Shown here: positions 12,995 through 26,219 of the stretch, piece after piece
Layout: the number at the start of each line of letters is the position of its first letter
Numbering within the stretch: the first letter of the stretch is position 1
Assembly: GCA_951406725.2 (NCBI GenBank)
Contig: OX597820.1
Coordinates: 92,008,001 to 92,072,000, forward strand
Length of the DNA: 64,000 nt
Direction: 5' to 3'
DNA from: Octopus vulgaris
Lineage: Eukaryota
Notes under the pieces: generated by a model
The model's input: the letters and a program-made list of their open reading frames with translations, nothing else
What the model was told of the DNA's origin: nothing
The model's database searches: none
Position numbers and translations under genes: made by a program

Positions 12995-13632
12995 TGGCTT
13001 CTAATTTAGGCACAAAGCCAGCAGATTTGATGGGGCAGAGTCGATACCATCAACACCTGTAATTGAGACTTACTTTATTTTATCGATCGAGTTAAGGATG
13101 AATGATCATCTTAGCAAAATTTGAACTCAGAATATAAAGATTTGGAAGAAATATACAAAGATATATCTTCCGACATTCTCCTGATTTCCCAGGTCACCAC
13201 CTACTATAGATACAAGGCCTAAAATTTTGGAGGAGGGGGCTAGTCAATAGCATCGACCGCAGTACGCAACTGGTTCTTTATTTTATCGAACCGGAAAGGA
13301 TAAAAGGCAAAGTCAACCTTGGCGGAATTTTGAGTCAGAACGTAAAGACAGAGGAAACGCAGCTAAGCATTTTGACCAGTGTGCTAATGTTTCCACCAGC
13401 TCACCGACTCAGTTATGGTTTCAAATTATGGCACAAGACCAGTAATGTCGGAAAAAGAGCTAAGTTGATTACACTGCATCAGCACCAGCGCTCAACAGGT
13501 ACTTATATTATCGACCCCGAGAAGATCAGTAGCAAAGTCGACTTCGGTGGTATTTCAACTCAGAACGTAAATACGGACGTAATACCGCAAAAACTCTGCC
13601 CAGAATGCTGACGATTCTGCCAGCTCGCCGTC
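12995..13632 (-). mobile_element. Cluster of degraded SINE family B copies
   Basis: Recurring tatcgacccc...aaggatgaaaggcaaagtc...ggcggaatttgaactcagaacgt motifs. Confidence 0.75.
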
Positions 13633-14093
13633 TTAATTATTTTTAATAAAATCAATATCTTTTTTTTTGCCACCCAGTCTCACACAAACACAAAAACATT
13701 ACAATAACAAGGTTAAAAAATAGGGAGTATTTTGCGGATAAGCAAAATATAAACAAATGCAATATATTAGTAATAGAATTTTAAACAAGGAAAATTTCTC
13801 ATTGAAGTGAAAGACTTCCATAGATTACCCGTGGAAACCCCACAATAGCAGTCTCTTAGAATATTCAGACAAGAGACTTTTCCAATTTGTCTTCCTCTGA
13901 TGAGCGCTCTACACTTGAACCGTATTCGCCATCCTCCTTTTTGTCCGAGTTTGCTAGACGATCACAATTCCCTCTCCATCCACGAGGGCTTGACCAAATT
14001 GTAAAGCCTCTCTCATCAGTCATACCCACTAAAACCATCTTTTGCCATGACCACCGAACAAATCTTGGTCAAAGGAAGTCGATGAGATGGTCT

Positions 14094-14408
14094 TCATGTT
14101 GGACTCAGCGGATAGCCGAAACAATTATGCTCGTGAAACAAATCAACGACGCTGAAGTATTGATGGTAAACGGTCTGATTGTTATGCGTGTATTTTGGGT
14201 ATGCCCCGCTGGCAGCACTACCGTACTTATAGAGTTTATCTGGAACCAGCACTTCTAGGCAAGTATTTGTGTGAGTTATCCATGGGCTCCGGATAAAAAA
14301 GTCCTCTGAAACAGAATAGCCACTTATTATCGCGTCATCCAGAGTTTCTCCGAGAACGTCGTCGTTTTTGCCCACCACTATTCCTGCATACAATGTCAAT
14401 GTAGACAT
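14094..14408 (-). CDS. Candidate small ORF (104 aa), no recognised family; could instead be a uORF or non-coding first exon
   Basis: ATG-initiated, complex-composition ORF within a unique GC/CpG-rich island (~13860-14510), downstream of a CRE-like palindrome. Confidence 0.3.
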   Translation of the reverse strand: MSTLTLYAGIVVGKNDDVLGETLDDAIISGYSVSEDFFIRSPWITHTNTCLEVLVPDKLYKYGSAASGAYPKYTHNNQTVYHQYFSVVDLFHEHNCFGYPLSPT

Positions 14409-14650
14409 CCTTCAGACCGCATTGTTTCGCTGGTATTGAGCTACGAGCGCCTGACAACACTCCAGAGGCCAAGAACCCTGTCGCGACCTTCACTTGATGC
14501 AGAACTGCATCTCTCTCTCTCTGCCTATCTCTCTCTCTCTCTTTCTCTCTCTCTCTCAAAAACAAAACAAAAGCTGGGGAAATTGCATCTAACAAACAAT
14601 AGTGACAACTATTCACAGTAGATGTTTTACTGGAGATACCGTAATCTCAG

Positions 14651-14682
14651 CTCACGTCAGTGCGTCATTATGACGCACTGAC
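14651..14682. promoter_or_regulatory. Perfect palindrome carrying CRE/ATF-like sites
   Basis: GTCAGTGCGTCAT-T-ATGACGCACTGAC (13-bp arms, 14656-14682) gives TGACGCA on both strands and overlaps TGACGTGAG on the minus strand. Confidence 0.45.
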
Positions 14683-15226
14683 CCAGCACGCTTAGTAATG
14701 TCACTGACTGGAGTGAGTTGTTTCTTCTACTTTTAAATAATAATTGTATCTAATAATTGGAAAACAGTATACTCATAATATGAAGGAACACTATATCAAC
14801 GCGTTCTGGAAAATATCCATTAACGTAGTTTCAATAATCTAGTATATAAAAATAATTAGCAGAGAGAAATTTTGAAAATTAATTTTGTAATTAATCTATA
14901 GATTCTTTTAACTCATCAAAGTAATCTATCTATTGCAAATTTTCAGTCTGCTCCCAAGTTAAATCAGCTCCAGACTGATCAAGTTCCCCGACATAAATAT
15001 ACAAAAGCTCTATGACATGGAAATCGTATCATACAGTCTCGAGTTGAAAAAGAAATGTGAGTCTCTTACGCTAAAGACTAAGAAAAATAGAAAAACTGCA
15101 ATCTGAACTGCCATAGATAAAATGCCTCAAGTCCCCAAATAAAATAGAAAAACAAAACACAAACTGACAAGAAGTGTTTGTTTCTAAACAAGTATACACA
15201 CACAGACACAGACACAGATACACACG

Positions 15227-15282
<56 letters not shown>

Positions 15283-15326
15283 GCATCCTTTTTGTCTCGG
15301 GAGGCAATGGAGTATATTTTGCTACA

Positions 15327-15387
<61 letters not shown>

Positions 15388-15409
15388 TATATACATATAT
15401 AAATGTATA

Positions 15410-15549
15410 AACGAGAAGCAGGTTTCTTAGTTTGACGCTTGGGAAGGTGAGAAAGTGTTTTACGTTTCGAGTCTGCGCTCTTCAAAAGAAAGGAACACGA
15501 GGAAATAAACAGAGTGAGAATAAAGAGAGAATAAAAATTGTGGATTTAG

Positions 15550-15552
<3 letters not shown>
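15410..15552 (-). mobile_element. pLTR-like short element with a variant hammerhead motif
   Basis: Minus strand cttttgaa-GAG-cgcaga-CTC-GAAAC-GTA. Same family as 24330-24510. Lies between (TA)n and (TG)n. Confidence 0.55.
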
Positions 15553-15621
<69 letters not shown>

Positions 15622-16739
15622 GTGCGTGTGTGTGTGTGTGAACGCGCATGGCTCTCAACCCACAGTACAATATTTTCGTATTAAATTGAAAAGAAATTAA
15701 CACTAATTCGTAAAATTTTGTGAACCCCACGAGAAGTTGATCAAAGGAAATACATTCTGAAAAACATATAAAATGATAAATAGATATATAAACAGACAAA
15801 TACGAGTTCCACACCGATACCACCACCACCACCACCACAAATATTATACATATACTGTAAATCACTACAGATACGCATATGTCAAGAAACAACATAATTT
15901 GAGAACATAAGCCACAAAAATAGAGGTAACTTTCAAAATATAAAGAAAAAGAAGATACAACATAGACGACCGAAGATTGACCAACAAAAGTCAAACTAGA
16001 GCACCTGAAGTACAATTAAGAATAAAAGAGAGTAAAGGATTAGATTTATATCGACGAAAATAACACCCGAGTATAAAAGTGAATGATGAAATAGCAGTAA
16101 CGATGGAGAAGAAAGAACTAGGTCCTTGCAAACTCTGTGAAAGCAATCACGTGCATCAGCGCTACGAATATAAATGAAATTGTTTATTTATGCAGCAGCG
16201 GTTTTAGTTGAAAAAACACTTGATACTCTCTCAGATTTTCTCGTTAAGACTATCAAAAGATAACATGAAATTATATAGAAAGAATGTAGATGAGTAAAGA
16301 TCATTCAATCCTTAATGAATATATTGCGAAATGACACAATGGATTAACATGTACGGAGACAAACATTACAGAAATATAACATTACCCCCCAAAAAAATCG
16401 TTCCTGATATCAAAGACCACATGCTGAAAGAGATTGATCGTCGATAAACCGCTCAGAAATTGACGTTGTGCAGAGCCACAGCGATTCTTGGAACAAAAAT
16501 ATTCGACTCCAAATCAAAAGAACTGGGTGAAAATAAAAGAGAAATGATACGTTAGAAGCACAAAAATATTGCAAATGTGTATATCATGCAAAAACTAATG
16601 TAACATAATGTAAGTGGTATGAATTCTGTAGCAGTTTTAGTAAAATTTTCAGATATATTCTAACCGAATTAGGGTACTTGGAAATGCGAGAAATCGAATT
16701 GCCACAAATGATGCTGATAAAAGCACAAAACGCAATATC

Positions 16740-17154
16740 TATTTCTTTACTACCCGCAAGGGGCTAAACACAGAGAGGACAAACAAGGAGAGACAAACGG
16801 ATTGATTCGATTATATCGACCCCAGTGCGTAACTGGTACATAATTTATCTATCCCGAAAGGATGAAAGGCAAAGTTGACCTCGGCGGAATTTGAACTCAG
16901 AACGTAGCGGCAGACGAAATACCTATTTCTTTACTACCCACAAGGTTCTAAACACAGAGAGGGCAAACAGGGACAACCAAACGGATTACGTCGATTATAT
17001 CGACCCCAGTGCGTAACTGGTACTTAATTTATCGACCCCGAAATGATGGAAGGCAAAGTCGACCTCGGCGGTATTTGAACTCAGAACGTAACGGCAGACG
17101 AAATACGGCTACGCATTTCGCCCGGCGTGCTAACGTTTCTACCAGCTCGCCGCC
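16740..17154 (-). mobile_element. SINE family B partial dimer (tRNA head plus Deu/Nin-like central domain)
   Basis: Head ggcggcgagctgg...gagttcaaat, central gaggtcgactttgcctttcatcctttcggggtcgataaattaagtaccag. Second unit restarts at GGTATTTCG. Confidence 0.85.
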
Positions 17155-18340
17155 TTACATGACCAGTATTGGGTGGCTGTATCAGCTCAGGTAGACGTTA
17201 GAAAATAGAAACAGAAACAAGGTACTAGGAAAATTTTAAAATCGTTAGCTTGAGGTTAAGATATCTGACATACACACACGCACATGCATACGTATTTATA
17301 CACACGCACACACATATGTACACACACATACACACACACACACACATACGGTCGTAGAAAAATAGTTAAGAAAATACTGAAAGAAACTGAAACGATGCCC
17401 GAGTTGCTCCCTGAGGGGAAATCTATCTTTAATACTAAAGAAGCGCATAAAATGTTAATCCAATGTCAAAGAAACGGTAAACGCTAAAACGTAAAGAAAC
17501 AATATATGATTTATAAAGCGTACAAAGACTTGACAGCAATACTATCGTGGAGGGAAAATAAAAACGCGATGAAAACGAAACGTATATTCATAAAAATAAA
17601 TAAGATACAAATGCATACTGCAAAGTCTCAAGTAGCTGTAAATATCAATTTCTGATTATCACAACCATAATCAAAAAGAAAGAGGAAAATGGATGTTTGA
17701 ATATGGATTGATTACAAGATGTTGGCAGCGCTCCCCATTGGTGACAATGCAATGTGTAATGGAAACCTTAGAAGAATTGTTGAAAATGTCAAGGGCAATA
17801 GTATGCAGCTTTTGCAGAATTTCAAAATAAAACCAATAGAAGCGAAATTTTTCGATTATACTCTCTCGTGCTTTAACGCCGTCAAACAACATGAAAAAAA
17901 AGGTTTTATTCGTGCAAAACTTTTATCGGAATATAACGAAGCATAGTTTGCCTATAGATGAATTCAAACTGTGCGCTGCGACTCACATGATTATTCCAAT
18001 TTAATAGAGTAATTCATATGAGATCTGCGTTGTAAAAATGCACCTAGGCAATCTCAACGAGAGGAACATCAAGAACAGTAATGTGAATTTAAATAAACAA
18101 GCATTAAAAAAAAAGATATCAAGATACAAGCAAACAGAAATGGCATAAGAATAAATAAAATAAACAGGGCATTGCGCATACAAATGAATTAAACGAAATA
18201 AGTGATATTATGGATGTTTAAGATTGATTATTAAAAGTCAGCTGAATGCAAGAATTGGGTAATAGGTACCTAGTTATTCATATCCACAGTAATATTTTCT
18301 GCTGGACACCAATTGAATTAGTAAGAGTATATATAAATGC

Positions 18341-18592
18341 GTGGAGGCGCGTGGCTTAGTGGTTAGGGTGTCAGCAACATGATCGTAAGATTGTGATTTC
18401 GATTCCTGGACCGGGCGACGCGTTGTGTTCTTGAGCAAAACACTTCATTTCACATTGCTCCAGTCCACTCAGCTGGAAAAAATGAGTAACGCTGCAATCG
18501 ATTGGCGTCCCGTCCAGCTGGGGAACACATACGCCATAGAAACCGGGAAACCGGTCCCATGAGCCTGGCTAGGCTTTAAAAAGGGCGCATTC
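18341..18592 (+). mobile_element. tRNA-derived SINE family D
   Basis: A box TGGCTTAGTGG and B-box-like TTCGATTCC, followed by gttgtgttcttgagcaaaacactt and ggcgtcccgtccag. Confidence 0.8.
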
Positions 18593-19215
18593 ATTTCTTT
18601 TTTATATATGTAAATGCAAGGAAAATTAATGAATGGAATTATAATATAGCACCTAATATTAGGTACAGTAAAATAGTTTTAATCGCACCCACAGTAGTTT
18701 ACGGGATCTCTCAAGTAAAACAAAGCAACTACTCAACTAATGTAAAACTGCCAAAATATCTCATATATAAAATATGAAGAAAATTTACAGACAGAAGTAA
18801 ATAAAAAAATCATATGAGCAAGAACAATTTATTCCTCCAAGGGAGAAAACTCACACAAAACAGATGCAATGTAAACGAAGAGGTGTTGAGAAGACAGAAA
18901 ATTGTTGCAAAGCAGAAAAAATAACTGAACAAGGAACTAAAAGATTTGATACCAAATCTATGGTAATGGATGACCACTCATGGGTTATACCTTCGAAAAT
19001 TGAACGACGAAAAAGTGAAAACTGTAGTATCAACACTGACTTGGTAGCACAATCCCGCACTAAATCAACGACGGCGTGATTTTGCTTGAAGGCGTAAGGC
19101 AAAATATATTTCACGGCGCAATACATATAAGGTTAAGGCGGAGTAGGTGGAAAATTAGAAAGACGATCACCGAGGCCGTTCGGTATTACTTATAAGAGCG
19201 TGCATAAAACCGATG

Positions 19216-19261
<46 letters not shown>

Positions 19262-19309
19262 TCTGTTTGTTTGTGTGTGTACCTATACATATACATGGTG
19301 GTTGTCTAC

Positions 19310-20130
19310 TCCTTATGCAGATTTTGACCACCTCCTGTACCTACACCTTATAGCCATCATGGCATCTGATGTGGCTTTTTAAACCAGACAATGTTTTGAA
19401 AAGATTGCATATCCGGTTTGGACCACCAAGAGCTGCAGTTAAGTTCTGATCTTTTGAGGCCTCCGTTGGATTTGGAGACCTTCTGACATACATTGCATTG
19501 AAAGGTGTGCACAGACATAGAAGTAGAATAGTTCGTGGAGGTTCGTTTTTCGTGGGTTCGCAAATGAGATTTCAGCCCAGCAAAAGAAAGACAAGGTCTA
19601 TCACAAACTGTGCACACAAAAAGGTCATTGTGATTCACCATCTCGATCGTAACATTCTTCTTTAAATCTCTCTTGAGCCTTGCATGCGTTATCCTGGCCT
19701 CTTCAAATGCTTTCACTCCACTCCACAATTTTGTTCGCCAACCAGTTCGATCCGAAGCAAAGGTTTCTATTTCCAGTGTATCCATTCCAAGTGACTTCAA
19801 GAGCTTATGCCGTCATATTTTTTTAGGATTACACCGATAGCATTTCCCCTCTGCAAGCTCACCATAAAACAACAGTTTGGGTGAGCGTTCATCTGCCTTT
19901 CAAACAATATGGCCACACCATCAATTGGATTTTCAAAATCATAGCTTTAAATGTGATGATGCCTGTAAGTGCAAGGACATCTGTGTTTGGAGTAAAAGAA
20001 CTCCATTTCAAGTTTAAAATGCGATGAAGGCATTTTTGATTAAACTGTTCTAACAATTTGAAATGTCTTTCATAACATGTCCATGGTTCAGAAGAATACA
20101 ACAGGGATGGTAAGACAAATTATTTGTAAA
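19310..20130 (-). mobile_element. RTE-clade LINE 3' fragment (frameshifted) with C-terminal C2H2 zinc fingers
   Basis: LLYSSEPWT, QKCLHRILNLKW, LFYGEL, ASDRTGWR, CTVCDRPCLSFAGLKSHLRTH. Confidence 0.85.
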
Positions 20131-20734
20131 GAGCCAAATTTGAATTGTTATTTATGTCTTATATTTGTAAATCACGTTTTCTATATTTTTTGTATGTATG
20201 AATGAGCTACTCCGTGTCGGACACCGGAGTGATAATTTATTACTTTATAGAAAGATTTTGTGTCGGTTTGGTGTTTGGAACAGAATAGCTTACCTCATGG
20301 GCAGGTAGAAGCTCTAGGATAGTAAGGTAATTTACATAGGAGAAGGAAATTTCCGAAATAAAATCTGAGGCTTTGGAAGTTCCTGGTTTTATCAATTTTA
20401 ATGTTAGACCGGCGAAATTCTTCTTGGGTCAATAAGTGGGGGTTGTGCAGTGCAAGCTACACCCACTGAAAATTATTCATCTGCACAGTTACCTCTTGCA
20501 CACCAAATCTTAATAAAATCATTGAATTGATTGTTTGGTAGAAACCTAAAGATATAGCTATACATACATACATACATACATACATACATACATACATACA
20601 TACATACATACATACAAACATACATACATACATATATATATATACATATATGTCGATCCCGAAAGGATGATAGGCATAGTCAAACTCATAAACCATGAAT
20701 GATATTGATTATAAAAGCCATAATAATATTGAAG

Positions 20735-20934
20735 TTGTGACCCCATTTGGTCATGAATTACCATGGGATTGCATCTAGAAAGTTACCCTCCGAGGCACAA
20801 GTCTGGTAAAGGTTGTTTATGGAAGACCAGCAGTCGCCCACGCATACCAACCTCCAGTCTCCACACCGCCAGTGTTATCCAAGGGAAAGGCAAAGGCCGA
20901 TACAGCTTGGCACCAGCCACGTCGCAGCTCATTT
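20735..20934 (-). mobile_element. SINE-like repeat fragment
   Basis: GC-richer stretch abutting the family C SINE. Family uncertain. Confidence 0.4.
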
Positions 20935-21245
20935 ATTAACGTGCAAGTGGCTGAGCACTCCACAGGCACGTGTATCCTTAATGTAGTTCTCGGGGAGATT
21001 CAGTATGACACAGAGTGTGACAAGGCTGACCCTTTGAAATACAGGCACAACAGAAGCAGGAACAAAGAGTGAGAGAAAGTTGTGGTGAAAGAGTACAGCA
21101 AGTTTCACCACCATCCCCTGCCAGAGTCTCGTGGAGCTTTAGTTGTTTTCGCTCAATAAACACTCACAATGCCTGGTCTGGGAATCGAAACCGCGATCCT
21201 ACGATCACGTGTCCACTGCTCTAACCACTGGGCAATTGCGCTCCA
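20935..21245 (-). mobile_element. tRNA-derived SINE family C with a different 3' tail
   Basis: First ~185 nt match 10994-11180, then the sequences are unrelated. Confidence 0.8.
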
Positions 21246-22539
21246 ATGTTGAAGTAATGCTGTGTTAAAAAGTAGAGCAGGGTTAAGAAAGATGTCACAT
21301 ATGTATTGATTCCAAAATAAAGCATTTATCTGATAAATTGACAGTGAAGAAAACTATAAATACAATTACTAAAATAAACCAAGGGAAATAAATCAAGTAG
21401 GCCAGTGGCATATATATAAATAAATGAATAAAGTCATGGATGACGTACGAAATAGTGTACACAAACAATTAAGAACTAATTGAAATTGCCATTTTAGTTG
21501 AAGAGGAACAAAAACAAAGCAATAACATTTATCAACTCTCAAATAAGAAATTAATTACGAGAAATTACGTAGAAATTTCAGAAAATTAATTAACGTTCTT
21601 TAGAGTCATTTGATGTTTGTTTACAATACAGGTAACAGATATCAGAATTAGTTAATCTTATTGAAACCTTACAGCAGTTTAGTGTCACATTCGAGCATCT
21701 TTCATCTGAAGACAACATGTTTTCGAAGATGGAAATGATATGAAAAGTTTGGACAGTTTTAATGTGCATAATCACCTTGTTTGCATATGCGTTTCACAAT
21801 TTAAAATATATATTTAGATTCCTGATATTCACTCATTTGACGTGCATTCCTTAGGCCATTTAGTATTTTTAAATATGGGAATTACATGTACGATATATAC
21901 AAAAATATTTACGACTTATAAAATGCTTTGTTGAGTGACCAAGGATCTTCGCTTTTAACTTTGTCTTTTGCTGACGACGGGCAACAAAATCTATATATCT
22001 CTGTAGCAGTCCCCTTGCTTGGTGCACACCGCAACTACTTGAATTTTGCGAAATTGCTTCCAAACTTTGGAAAATGATTTCCCCTTTTCTGTTATTCACT
22101 AGCAAATACCCTCAGATATTTGTTTTCTGTTTTTAATAATGACTAAATTCCAAAACAATTAAGGATTTCTAGCATATATCATTTAGTACAGAAAGCCTTT
22201 AATTATTTATATAAATATATATATATGTCATATAGACAATTATTTAAGTAACTTATATTTAACGGCAAAATTATTTAGTATCTCAGAATCGCACATAAAC
22301 TTACTAATAGAACCAAAAGGAACTACACACCAGGTAATACTGCCCCAAAAATAAACATCATAAATAAAGCAAAGAATACTGCAAGAATCATTTTTGGAAT
22401 AAAAAGCTAAAAGAAAAAAATCATTAATAAATATACAAAAATTTAGTATATGCAAACGTTTGCATTACTCAATAGTAGAAAAATTGGCCCTCGATTAAAA
22501 ATGATGGCAATCTAAATATAGGACTGTACTTCAAAGGCC

Positions 22540-23900
22540 ACAAAAAGATTAAAAAGAAAATATTGGGAAGAGAGAGGAATGTTTTTGAACTATAAGCACA
22601 TTTTACATTTACAATCTAGAAGAAAAAAATACGTAACTCCCAAAACATACACATATATTACCTGAAGTGAACATAAGCCTGATATAGCAATAACATTACA
22701 TCCTAACATACTTGCTAATTTGAAAAGATATATTCTTAAAACCAAAACTATGTCAGACAGTGAAATAGAACACTTAAAAGCTAATACAAAATGAAAATAC
22801 AAACAATCAACAACAAAAGAATTCAACAAAACGCAAATAATAAATAACATAACATTAAAACTATAAACAACGAGAGAAAAAAAAATTCAGAAAAATACTG
22901 TTAATGCGATAAAAAAAAATTAAAAATAAACGGTAAAATATAACACAACGAAATCAAACACAATTATGCGTAGAGAGTATCGACCAGTACAAGCTGAACT
23001 AGAATTACACCAAAGAACATGTGAAAACAATTCAGGTTGAAAGATCTAAAGTTGTAAATTTTGACTTTTACAGTATTCTAAATTTCTAAATGGAGAGATG
23101 TTCGAGTAGTTAAAATCATTAGATCGATATATGTGTGTGTGCGTATGTATGCACGCGTATATATACATACATAAACATATATATATGTATATATATATAT
23201 ATATATATTTATATCAAGGAAATACTTCCTTAACTTAAAAAAATAATTATAAATTAGCTAAAAACATTTCAAAACGACTGAAATCTAGGTTTATTACAGG
23301 CACACATGAATCGAAGATGTGAACATCAATATCACCAGGATAAATCAACGAATCTAAACTTGGGAAATCAACATACAGATAAACAGAGGATATAAAATAA
23401 ACGATCACAGCGTACTAAAGGATACAGGCAAGGTAAACAAAAAAAAAAAGAAAAGAAAAAAGACATACCAGTAAACAAAAAATAACATAAATCAAGAAAA
23501 GAAATAACAGAGATGAAAGAATTCCTAAAACAAAGTACCTCGTTAAATCTCAAAATCTCAGTTATTAAAAGCGACAGCGCGTCTTTGAACTCAACGGACA
23601 GGTCGTTTCCCCCCATGAAAACTAGTTTATCGGGACCTAGGAGACAAAAGCAAAATATATGCCAAAACAGATCCGAGAGCAGATAAAGTACAGCAACTAG
23701 AGCAGAATGTATGAATAGTTAATGGATTAATCGCGGGCAAGCATAACCTGAACGAGATTCTCTACTTGAGAAAAATTTTGAAAATGAAGAAAGGATAAAC
23801 GATAAACTACTGTACGTTAAGAACAAGTGAAAAGGGCCCGGATATGATTAAAAGGAAAATATCTATCTCTCTGTCTGCAAATACATTCACCAAACCCCTA
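22540..23900 (+). pseudogene. Degenerate N-terminal part of an R4/Dong-type retrotransposon ORF
   Basis: Broken translation ILANLKRYILKTKTMSDSEIEHLK and EITEMKEFLKQ...KRQRVFELN resembles the Dong/R4 region upstream of the RT. Confidence 0.45.
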
Positions 23901-24329
23901 AAATAGCTAAAAGAAAAAAACAAAACAATTCCGAATGATTTACAATGTCAGTCACCAGAATCTAAGAAGAATTAAGACTTAAAAACTTTGCAGATAATTT
24001 GGTAGAGTACTATGTTTGCTACTTCTTATTTAGTTTCCTTTCATGTATTTGTATTTTGCAATACTTCGATTTTTCTTCAGAATTTTGGATTCTGGAGATA
24101 AGAGGGTTTCTGAGTTTCAATGTCACAATTAATATCGTTCATGAGTTTACGTTTTGCTTGAGTATTTATATACGGTCACAAATTTAGCTGAAATATTTTT
24201 GCTCGGAAATAAACTGCTTCATTGAAGAGGCTTTGTGGCTGATCCCTTGTCATGAATCGGAAATAATTGGATGGTCATAGTAATTGAGTTAATGAACGTC
24301 ATTCAAGACGACTTCGTACATATTCAGGA

Positions 24330-24510
24330 CCATAATATCAGTTTGTATCCTCTGTTTTTTCCCCGTTTTCTTTCTCCATTTCTTTCTATCGAAGAGCGTA
24401 GGCTCGAAACTTCAAAGAATCTACCATCATTTCGGAGCGTCAAATTTGTACACATTACATGTTGTTCTCTCACCCGTCTCTGTCCTTTGGTTTTTTGTAC
24501 ATTCAAACCA
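24330..24510 (+). mobile_element. pLTR-like short element with a variant hammerhead motif
   Basis: TTCTTT-ctatcgaa-GAGC-gtag-GCTC-GAAAC-TTC-AAAGAA (24380-24419). Confidence 0.55.
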
Positions 24511-24963
24511 CGCACAAATATATTTATATCCTCACACTCAAAAACATGGTAAAATCAAGAACGATATTGTTCGCAACATTAAAACTCAAAAGCCCTCTAA
24601 AATCCAGAATATATCCGATGAAAGAATCCAAAATTAAAAAAATAAGTAAATAAATGAAAATAATAATGAAAATCATATAGACATACATGTATATACAGGG
24701 TAAAAATTATTAAAAATAAAAAAAGATTTTACCGGTGGTTATCAAGCATAATTAGAAGTCAGAAGTCATAAATATTTCTATATTATAAGTGCATAAGTAA
24801 CATGCCTTTAAAACAAATCTTTCTTTTCGTGGTATGGCTTTTGACTGGCCTTTCTAGCATGCAAGAAATTCACATCGTGTATTTCTCTCTGTGTATGAAA
24901 TTTTATGTACGATTATATAGAAATATTTATGTTATCTGACTCCTAATTATGCATGCTGTTTGT

Positions 24964-25121
<158 letters not shown>

Positions 25122-25122
25122 A

Positions 25123-25351
25123 AGGCGGCAGCTGGCAGAAACGTTAGCAGGCCCGGCAAAATGCGAAGCTCGTATTTCGTCTGCCGTTGCGTTCTGAGTT
25201 CAAATTCCGCCGAGGTCGACTTTGCCTTTCATCCTTTCGGGGTCGATAAATTAAGTACCAGTTACGCACTGGGGGCGATAGAATCGACTTAATCCCTTTG
25301 TTTGTCCTTGTTTGTCCCCTCTGTGTTTAGCCCCTTGTGGGTAGTAAAGAT
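25123..25351 (+). mobile_element. SINE family B, full monomer
   Basis: High similarity to 52547-52777; follows a long (TA)n. Confidence 0.9.
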
Positions 25352-26105
25352 ATATATTTATATATATAAACTTGGATCTATCACTTTACTCACCTTGTCT
25401 TCTTACTCTATCATAAAATGACTTAAACCGGCTCAACCTACCTGCCTTCAGTGGTTTCGTACTTTTCCCGTTTCTTCCCTCTACTTCCAGATACCACATC
25501 ATCTCACTCTTCTCACACTATCTCTGCCGTCCTAGCTTTTCATAAATTAATTTTTACATCTTACTTTGCTCTCCATAATTTTCTCTATTGGAATAAGGAC
25601 AAATGTTCCCAATGCTAAATTTTTCACTTTTCGCATCAACTGAGCTACATCGATGTATTTTTCTAACTATGAGTTTTACAGATTAGATTTTAACGATGCA
25701 ATCCACAGCCAATTTACTTGGATTGTAGTCTTAATTAAAACATTGTTTAAATTAGAATTGGCTCAAGTAGTTATATCTTCAAAGGCAAAATTTTCCATCT
25801 GAATGTTTTAATATGTGAAAGTCGGAATTAACCAGCCATCGAAGTTGACAATATTATCAACAATTCAAGGATGAAATGCTTTGAAAGAATCTCGTTTTAA
25901 TGGCTTTATTGGATTGCTGTAAACTCATTTCCAAATTCTCCGTCTTTGTATACACTCAGAGATGCTGTCCTAACAAAGTGAGCATGCATCCTTCACAAGC
26001 CAACGTATTTTCGTAGTCACTTACCAATTTATGACCGACAGATCAACCCATAAAAATTCAGTACTACTTGACCTGCAGCACATGAATTTTTATATATCAT
26101 TTGAC

Positions 26106-26208
<103 letters not shown>

Positions 26209-26219
26209 CAACAACATCA

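Larger units (their letters stand above)
15900..19080 (+). mobile_element. Possible highly degenerate Gypsy-like LTR retrotransposon interrupted by SINEs
   Basis: Scattered broken peptides: CKLCESNH (knuckle-like), KFSDIF*...LGT and SWVIPSKIE. No LTRs or catalytic motifs found. Confidence 0.25.

Noticed and set aside
13897-14020. CTGATGA on both strands, the minus one followed by a GAG-AGGCTT/AAGCC-CTC stem
   Set aside because: Neither is followed by GAAA and a stem III.
17719-17946. 75-aa ATG ORF
   Set aside because: No recognised family; it lies within probable decayed retroelement sequence.
21869-22105. Minus-strand open frame with possible splice sites
   Set aside because: No recognisable homology and no linked exons.
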